Made by a program: the position numbers and the translations under genes. This document shows positions 55,946 through 64,000 of a stretch of DNA of 64,000 nt, one piece after another (positions within the stretch are counted from its first letter, which is position 1; the number at the start of each line of letters is the position of its first letter). Origin of the DNA: Sminthopsis crassicaudata (taxonomy: Eukaryota); NCBI RefSeq assembly GCF_048593235.1, contig NC_133617.1:748196958-748260957 (forward strand). The letters run 5' to 3'. The notes under the pieces were generated by a model. That model was not told where the DNA came from and did not search any database. It saw only the letters and a list, made by a program, of their open reading frames with translations.

Positions 55946-58900
55946 GACTATTTCCCTTTTCTCCCCCCATCTTCTTTCCTCTCCTCTCTCTTTCTCCCTC
56001 TCTCCCTCTCTCTTCTTCTTCTCTCTCTATGTATTTTCTTATCTTGCACTTAATAAAAAATAAGAAAAGGGAAAAAAACATTTCTATGGTCACAGCAGAA
56101 CATGAGAGGATTCAATAGAAAACAAATTTCCATTTTAAGGAAACATTTATAAATACTACACCTTATTTTCAAAGCTGCCCTGCTGGTCTTTGCTTTCTAT
56201 TGGTTTTCTTTTGTTCTCTGCTGTGCACTTTTAGACCTTATTTTTGTTCCCTTCTTTCCCCTACCCACTTTATAAAAGGCTACAAATAAGTATGGCTAGA
56301 TATCTATAAATATATGTATATATCCATATATTTGTAAGACTGTACTGGGCTTATTTCCTCCTATTTCTCTGAAGGTGGATAGCTTCTTTCATAAGTCTTA
56401 AGTCTTTTCATGTTCTTCTAGATGTAACAAACTCATTTCCTATACAATGGAATTATTTTCTGGATTTAGCATTTTTCTTTATAGGATCTTTGACATTAAT
56501 TTGGGTATAATAGAATGACATGGTTATTCAAAGTTTTTCTTAAAACTATTTAAAACAAAACAAAAAGTAATACTGGTATTACTGTATACAATGTTCTCTT
56601 GGTTCTGTTCATTTCACTTTTCATTATTTCATGGATATCTCTTCATCCTTTGATGAAACCATTGACCTCATCATTTCTTATAGCAGAGTAATATTTACCA
56701 CACACCATATATTGTACCACAATTTGTTTAGCCATTCCCTAATCAATTGTCATCCTAGCAGTTTCCAGTTCTTTGTCACCTCAAAGAGCTGCTATACATA
56801 TTTCAGAACATGTAGGTTCTATTCAATTTCCCCTAATTATCTTATAAAACAAACCTAATAATGGTGTTGCTGGGTCAAAGGGTATGGGCAGTTGAATAAC
56901 TCTGAGCCTAATTTGAAGTCCTTCTCCAAAATGATGTATCACAGACCCATCAACAATGAATTAAGGTCCCAATTTTTCCACATTCCCTCCAATATTTGTC
57001 CCTTTCCTTTTCTTTTACTTTAGACAGTCTGATAAGTAAAAAATTTCATCTCAAAGTTGTTTTAATTTGTATTTCTCTAATCAATTTAGACCATTTTTCA
57101 CATAACAATAGTTTTGGTTTCTCCATTGTAAAACTTGCCTATCGCTTAACCATTTATCAATTGCTCAATGATTCATATTCTTATAGATTTGACAAATAAT
57201 ACTTTTATCTGAGTAACTATAAAAACTTTCCCCCAGGCTTTTTTGATTTTTTTTATCTTTACTACATTTGTTTAATTTGTACAAAACTTTTTTAATCTAA
57301 TGTAATCAAAAGTATTCATCTTGCACCTCACAAATCTCCTGTTTGTTCATAAATTGTTCACCTATCCATAAGTTTGATAGGTATCTTACAGTTGCTTTTG
57401 CTATGTGTAAACAATTTCTTAGAACAAGCAGATGAGTGATAAATGAGTTCGCTTTGATCTACTTGTAACATTCTCTCCCACCCACACGCTGAACCTTCCC
57501 TTGTAACAAAAAGTTCAGCAGAAGAGGCCGTCAGAGACTGTCTGCCATCGTGCACTTCTCCATTTCTGTGGTACCCTATCTCTTTCCCCAGAGGAAGAAC
57601 GTTTTAAAATTGTTCTTTTAATTCTATTTACTCTGCTCTGCATTAACGCCCACCAGTTTTCCCCTTTTTAATCTGAATGTTTTCCATTTGTTGTTACTTA
57701 AAACACAAGAATCATCTTGTTCAATCGACATGACATTATTTATCCATCCATTCCCCAGTTGATGGGCACTCACTTTGTTTCCCATTTTAAAATGTGCTGC
57801 TTTTAATGGTGTGAGTTATATGGAACCTTTCTGCTTTTGCCTGGCTTGGGGGATGTTCTCAGTACTGGGATTCCTGCCCCAAAGAGTCCAAGAAGTGTTC
57901 TGACCTTCCGCACATTATTTGGGTGGGATGTGTGTGTATTCTGGTAAGAAATGAGAATTTTGATGAGTTGCCAGTAAAGATGGCTAGTGCCCTGGAGTCA
58001 TGGACAGTGAAATCTAATGGCATGTCTGGCAAGAGGAGGAGAGCCCACATCATTGCCTCCCCAGATGGCTTCAGCATGCCCCCTGGGCCAGGTCAGGAAT
58101 GGGCACTTCTTGCTCCAATCTGAGAAGGGACCAGACCAGCATCATATCTGCCTGTTGCTCTCGGGCTTATCAAATATCAGCCTCCTGTGTTTGCAGTTCT
58201 TGCTTATCTGTTCTGTTCCAATGACCTACTTTTCTATTTTTTAACTACTGCCAAGGAGGTATTTGTCATGTTTTCCCATTTGCGATCTATTGATTCCATG
58301 CCCCCTTAGTTTTCACTTTTTTCATGTTTTCCTTTGGGATCACAGTCCCTTTGTTCTTTCTTCTAAGTGAATTTTTTTTTTTTGTCTAATTGTATAAAGT
58401 CACCCCTTGGCAATTTGATTGGCACGGTGCCAAATCCACAAATTAACTTGTGTAGTATAGTCATTTTTATCATGTTGGGGTGATTCAATCATGAAGAACA
58501 ATTAATTCATGATTATTTTTTCTCCTTAATTTCCAAAAGAATATTTTGTAGTTGCATTTTAGTCCTGGTGTATCTTGGTAGGTTAACTCCTAGAAGGTCT
58601 TTTGTAGTTATTTTGAATAGAATTTCTCATTCCTATTACTTGTCTCTGATTTTGTAAGTACAGATATTGATGATTTTTATGGGTTTCTTTCCTGCTACTT
58701 TACCAAAGCTAATAGCTGTTTTGTTTTTGCCTTGGCTGTTTTTTTTTTTTTCATTTTTAAAAAGCTATTTAGTTCTCTAGGGTTGTCAAAGTAAATCATT
58801 ATGCTCCTCTTGTATAATTTTGTCTTTTTCCCCATTCTTTGTATTTGTTATTTTCTCTCATCTTACTGCAATTGAAAACATTTCCAGAATTGTTAAATAG

Positions 58901-58990
58901 TAATGAAGAGAGGAAGCACTCCTTTTGTACCACTATATTCCCTGGAAAGGCAACCATTATTTTTGTCTGTGGAAGATAATGCTAACTCTT

Positions 58991-59126
58991 TTAAATTTTT
59001 TCCCCTGAGGCAATTGGGGTTAAGTGGCTTGCCCACGGTCATACATCCTGGAAGTGTTAAGTGTTTGAGGTCACATTTGAACTCAGGTCCCCCTGACTTC
59101 ACTGTGCCACCAAGCTGCCCTGCCCC
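58991..59126 (-). mobile_element. WSINE1-type SINE with 15-bp TSD
   Basis: ctgaggcaattggggttaagtggcttgccc...tttgaactcaggtcc...aagctgccc; TSD ataatgctaactctt at 58976-58990 and 59127-59141. Confidence 0.9.
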
Positions 59127-59689
59127 ATAATGCTAACTCTTAGTTTTGTATGTGCTTTTTTGAACTTAGGCCTTTATTTATTGTTTATTTCAAGGAAATC
59201 ACAGAGGCATAATGTTACATTTTGTCAAAAACTGTTTGTGGGTCTGGTAACCTTACTGTGTTACTCTTGTTTATGTGATTGATTACATTAATTATTTTCT
59301 GAAGATTTAAACCATCCTTGTATCCCTATAGAAATCCATCTTGGTCAAAGTGAATACTTTTTTGGATATGTTGATGAAGTTATTTTGCTAAGATTTTACA
59401 TAAATTTTTTGCAACCTTATTTATGAGATTTACATAAAGTTCTTTTACTCTTATCCCTTCCTAGTTTGATATTAGTCTTGTAAGAAGAGTTTAGCAGGCT
59501 CTTAGTTGTTGATAATGGACAAGTATTTATTTTTTAAATCATTAAATTTATTTGTGAAAACATCTGTACCAATAAATCAATCAGCCATTTATTAACTATT
59601 ATTATGCTAATTGTTGAATTATTAGAATTATTATTTTTTAATTTGAATTAACCCAAAAAACCCATGAGATGCACAAATGGGGTAGTAGA

Positions 59690-59835
59690 GAAACTACCCC
59701 AATGTTCATATGGACTATTTGTGTCTGATCTGTGACAGAACATTCCGAGCTTGATTGGTCTGATCAGCCACAATGGGACAAGCTGTAACTTGACTGTACC
59801 ATAGTGATGTAATTTTGGTTCTCTTTTAGAATGAA
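59690..59835 (+). mobile_element. RTE-clade LINE/SINE 3' end
   Basis: acattccgagc...ttggtctgatcagccac...catagtgatgtaattttggttctcttttagaatgaagg resembles marsupial RTE 3' termini. Confidence 0.6.
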
Positions 59836-62539
59836 GGAAAAAAACTAACCATTTGCTGAATATACAAAGAAAAAAGAAAAAAAAAAACAGGTCTTGCCCT
59901 CAAAAAGCTTACATTTTAATGGGAGAGCATGTACATGTGTGTGGTGGGGGGAGGTACATGTACGTCCATGTGTATGCATGTGTGTGTATGAGGGAGAGAG
60001 GGAGAGTTTCATAATTTTATTTTCATCTTTTTAAGACAAATAGCTAATGCTTTATTGATTTTTGAAAAACAGTTCTTGGTTTTATCATTTTAATTATTTT
60101 TCTGTTTTCCCTTTAATCGATTTTTCCCAATTTTCAAGATTTATTTTTTGTCCTTCTTGGACAAAACCCCTTCTTGGGGTTTAATTTCTTTTCTAGTTGT
60201 TTTAATTGCAGTCAGTTCATTAATTCTATCTTTTTCTATTTTTGTTGCCTTCCAGATTTAGAGAAAGGGTCTCAACAGTTTTTCAGGAAAGGAATTTTTC
60301 CTCCAAGAACTACTTTTGTGGCATCCCTAAATTCTGGTATGTTGTCTCATTGTTACTTTGTTTTACATAGTTTTTAATTGTTTAAAGAATTGTTTAATCC
60401 TGTAGCTTGCTTGTGTGTTCTGTATTATGCACTGTTTCTATTGAATTACAGTTTGTAAATAATAAACTTTATCTGCCTTTTTACATTTATATATAAAGTT
60501 TTTGTCCCCTAGAACATGCAGTATTTTTAGGAGGTACTATGTGATGTTGAGAAATATATGTGTGTGTATATATGTATACACACAAATATATATAATTTAA
60601 TATTCCCATTAAGATGCTTTCAAACTTAACTTTTTTGAGAGTATATTTAACTAGGGGGTTTTCCTTTTGCTTTTCTTACTGTTCAATTTATTTAGTTCTG
60701 AAAGAGGAGCATCACTCTCTTACGGTTATTACCTAAATGTTTTTTTACAATTCAGTTAAATTTGCTTATGTGAATGCTATGCCTTTTGATACATATGTAA
60801 TATTCATTGTTTTGTTTTGCTTTAAACACAGTATAATTTCCATATTTTTTGTCACAAATTTTTATTGTTATCTAAAATTATTACTCTGTAACTCTTAATT
60901 CTTTGCAATCTGTTTGACATTGTAAATTTTGTTCTAGCCCTTTGTTTTCATTCTGTAGATTTATTTACCTTGTAAATGTAGATTTTTTTATATATAAAAT
61001 TGTTGGGAATTGATTTCTTATCCAATATGACATTCTCTTTCATTTTTAATGGAGCTCTAACCCATTCATATTTAAGGTTATAATAATTAGAGTTGTGTTT
61101 GATTGTTTTTTTTCCATTTAAGGATGTTTTGTTTGTTTTTCCTTTTTCTTCTCTTGATATTAATGTCCTCTCTTCCTATTTAAATTATATTTGCTTCAGC
61201 CTTGCTAATTTTTTTTTGATCCCAGACTTTCCCCATCTTTTCTGCTCTTTCTCTGCCTTATCTCACATTTCTTAAGTTTCCTTGTTCTCACCTGTTTTTA
61301 TTTCTTTTTGATCTATTTCCAAGCTTAAATAAAAAGTTTTCAGTTCTCTCTGTTTCTCTCCTTCTCATCTCTATTCTTTTAACTTGAATATCATTCCTTT
61401 AGGACATTCTTTTCCAAGAAGAGTTCATTTACTTCTATTTCTTCCTTATTTTTCTTCCTACTTTGCCCATTCTGAAATTTAGTGTCCCATTCATAAGTTC
61501 TATGTGAGAGACAATCGCTTTAAGATCACTATATTTGTTAATATTGTCAACAATTAGTTGGCAACAATAATAATTATAGCTAGTACTTATGAGCACTTGA
61601 AGATTTACAAAGGCCTTTACAAATATGATCTCATTTGGTTTTCACAACAACAATGGGAGGTAGACGCTGTCATTATCCCCATTTTTCAAATGAGAAAATT
61701 GAGATAAACAGGTTAAATGACTTGCTCAGAATCACAGTTTCCCAGGGAGTGTAAATGGCTGGATTTAATGATTCTAGGTCTTCTAGACCCTAAGTTCAAC
61801 ACTCTGTTTACTATAGCATGACAAAAGCAAGGGGTTGGGATTAGGCTTTTTCTAAGTCACAGGTTCCCCCTTCTAGCAAAATTACACAGATATCTTTCTA
61901 TTCAGCAAGAATTCCCTGAGCATATCGAGCTCTGAAATAGTTCTAGAATATAGCAGGAGGAATCCATTCAATTAGTCAATAGATGGCTTATTGAGCACCT
62001 CCTATGTGTCAGAAACTGTGCTGACCTTTGGGAATACAAAGAGAAGCAAGAGACAGTTGCCTTCCTCCAGAAGCTTACAGTCCAGAAAGGTTGGCAGAGT
62101 ACATGGAGTGACAGACCTGAAGCCAGGAGAGACTGGCTTGGAACTCCCTCTTTGAAACTGGCCTGCCTTATGGCCATGAGCTTGTCAGTTAAGTGCTCTC
62201 AGTCCAGTAATATTTACAGGACTTTTGGATAACTGTGAAGCTCCAACAACATAAAAGATGTTACTACTTTCCTGAGCCTGGGGTTGTCTCTCTTTTAATC
62301 ATGAACAAAGAACAGTTTTACCTGCCTGTGCCTACCTCTTTCATCTTATTTTTTTATCTTCTAAGTAAGGGAGTAAGAGATATCTATATGTTAGTATTTA
62401 TTGGAAAAACTTTTCATTTTTCCCATTGCAAATAATCCAAAGTTTTGATTTTAGATAAGTGCTTTTTATCATATGAAAATGACCATTATGTGGTTCAGGA
62501 GTGTGTGGATTTTTAGCATAGTTAAGCACTGTACTTGGT

Positions 62540-62970
62540 TGTAGCGAGCTGTCGTCTCTAGAAGCTGCCGGATTACTCTCTGGGAAGAGATCTGCTGTGT
62601 CTACTCAAATCTCTTAGACAGATTCTTCTTCCTGTAGTGAACCGTTGTCTCCAGGCAGTTGCTGTTAACTCTTGTCCAAAGAAGTGACTTCCCTTCCTGC
62701 AGAGAGCCCCGTCAGGCCTGATGCAATTCAGAGTCTTCCTCTTGAATCCTGGCTCTGAATCTCCTCCAGCTCTTATCCTTCTCCAGGCCGATCTGCTCTT
62801 CAGGCACAGTGCTCTCTCTTTTATTCTCCCAGAGAATGGGCGTGGGATAATGCAAGGGCTTCTGGGAAGAACCACCCCAGCCAATGGGCTTGCTCCTTCT
62901 ACCAAGTCAACCTGAGTTCTCACCTTGTAACTATCCAGACAACCTCAGTTCTCACTTAGTAATCCCAACA
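62540..62970 (-). mobile_element. 3' LTR (431 bp) of a class II ERV
   Basis: On the minus strand it starts TGTTGGG directly after the PPT and ends ...gctaCA. A 16-bp near-direct repeat lies in U3 (62908-62923 and 62940-62955). Confidence 0.85.
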
Positions 62971-62986
62971 TCTCCCCCTTTCTTTT
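62971..62986 (-). other. Retroviral polypurine tract
   Basis: AAAAGAAAGGGGGAGA on the minus strand, adjacent to the LTR TG. Confidence 0.9.
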
Positions 62987-63264
62987 GATTTAGAACATAG
63001 GACAGTCATGACCTTGAAACATAAATCCATCAATATGGGAAGTATTACAGATAATTACATAAATTACATAAGCACATAGTAACATAGTAACGTAACACAT
63101 GCTAGAAGTATATAACATAATCATAAATTGAAAATTTATAAATGTCCATAAGTCCATTGTCCATTAGTCTCATCTTGTGTGAGGAAGTCCAATGATTCCT
63201 GCTGGTTTTTAAAGTTCTTTAACAGTCTTCTTATTATCCATGCTCTTTCAGTGTCAGATGTTTC

Positions 63265-64000
63265 TTAGATCTTCTCCTTTATTTTGAGGCCTTTCTCTTT
63301 TTCTGTCTCTCTCTGATGGACAAGGCGAATATGACTCGTTGGCACCCATCTGATTCCTTCTCCTGCTGAAGAAATACAAGCAAACCCTCTCCCCCAGGCA
63401 GTTAACCTATCTGGTCCCTTCCATTCACCACTTTCTGGATCTCTCCACATCACCTGGCGATTATCTAAGGACAGTGGAGCTGCTCGCACTGGACACTGCC
63501 CTTCTGGTGGGTTATAAAACCTGTCTGCCGGAGCCAGTGCATCTTTGTCAAAAATTAGAAAATTAATGGTATAGAGAACTAAATTTAGAAGTTCCCTAGG
63601 GCTACCTGTGGCTCCCCCTTTCTTTTGTTTTTGGAGGAGTGTCTTAATATCTCTGTTTCTTCTCTCTACTATTGCCTGCCCTTGAGGATTAAAGGGTATG
63701 CCCGTGGTATGTAAAATCTTATACTGTGCACAAAAGTGTGTAAAATGTTTGGACGTATATGCAGGTCCATTGTCTGTTTTTATTGCTTGTGGCACACCCA
63801 TAATTGCAAAAGCCTGTATAAGGAATTCAGTGACCACTCGGGCTGTCTCTTTTGCTGCTGGCATTGCAAATGTGAATCCTGAAAAGGTGTCTACCACGAC
63901 ATGAATAAAAGATAGACGACCAAAAGATTTATAATGGGTCACATCCATTTGCCAGATTTCATTGGGTCTCAAACCACGAGGATTCTTCCCTGGAGGGAGT
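63265..64000 (-). CDS. ERV pol, integrase core and C-terminus (betaretrovirus-like); 5' part is outside the window
   Basis: Frame open from the window edge: LPPGKNPRGLRPNEIWQMDVTH...VDTFSG...KTDNGPAY-(35 residues between D and E)-IVERRN...WKGPDRLTAWGRGFACI. The D,D(35)E triad is intact. Confidence 0.95.
   Translation of the reverse strand, partial: LPPGKNPRGLRPNEIWQMDVTHYKSFGRLSFIHVVVDTFSGFTFAMPAAKETARVVTEFLIQAFAIMGVPQAIKTDNGPAYTSKHFTHFCAQYKILHTTGIPFNPQGQAIVERRNRDIKTLLQKQKKGGATGSPRELLNLVLYTINFLIFDKDALAPADRFYNPPEGQCPVRAAPLSLDNRQVMWRDPESGEWKGPDRLTAWGRGFACISSAGEGIRWVPTSHIRLVHQRETEKEKGLKIKEKI

Larger units (their letters stand above)
56020..61330 (-). mobile_element. Cluster of fragmented antisense LINE-1 (3'UTR/ORF2 remnants) with nested SINE and RTE pieces
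   Basis: T-rich sequence with L1 motifs (catcatttcttatagcagagtaatat, acaatttgtttagccattccc, ttccagttctttgtcacc, ttgctgggtcaaagggtatg). No intact ORF. Confidence 0.7.

Noticed and set aside
59679-59700. Perfect 8-bp hairpin GGGGTAGT-AGAGAA-ACTACCCC
   Set aside because: Short, at a repeat junction, and expected by chance in 64 kb.
49318-62539. CHDH coding exons
   Set aside because: No GMC-oxidoreductase motif (such as GAGSAG) was found in any frame; expected beyond the window.

Overview
This is eukaryotic genomic DNA, most likely from a dasyurid marsupial. That assignment is inferred from WSINE1- and MAR1-type SINEs and OC1-like hAT MITEs. Three intron-containing genes were reconstructed exon by exon with canonical GT-AG junctions and unbroken frames: SELENOK (+, 10663-17160, 93 aa, in-frame UGA for Sec, type II SECIS), ACTR8 (+, 20745-30524, 13 exons, 624 aa) and IL17RB (-, 48662-33657, 11 exons, 485 aa). 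This order matches the mammalian SELENOK-ACTR8-IL17RB-CHDH block. CHDH coding exons were not found; only a probable shared CpG-island promoter is present. The window ends inside an env-less betaretrovirus-like ERV (integrase, PPT, 3' LTR). Also present: a solo LTR nested in a SINE, two related hAT MITEs, five tandem arrays, old LINE/SINE remnants and a 733-N gap. The most interesting candidate is a poly(A) site in the last SELENOK intron. Its use would give a SECIS-less mRNA whose product ends in the -GG degron. Other leads are a 1-kb branch-point-like VNTR at an ACTR8 acceptor, two minisatellites sharing one core, altered IL17RB signalling motifs and a steep GC3 switch inside IL17RB. No CRISPR or prokaryotic system is supported. 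Repeat family names and human/mouse comparisons are from memory and were not searched.
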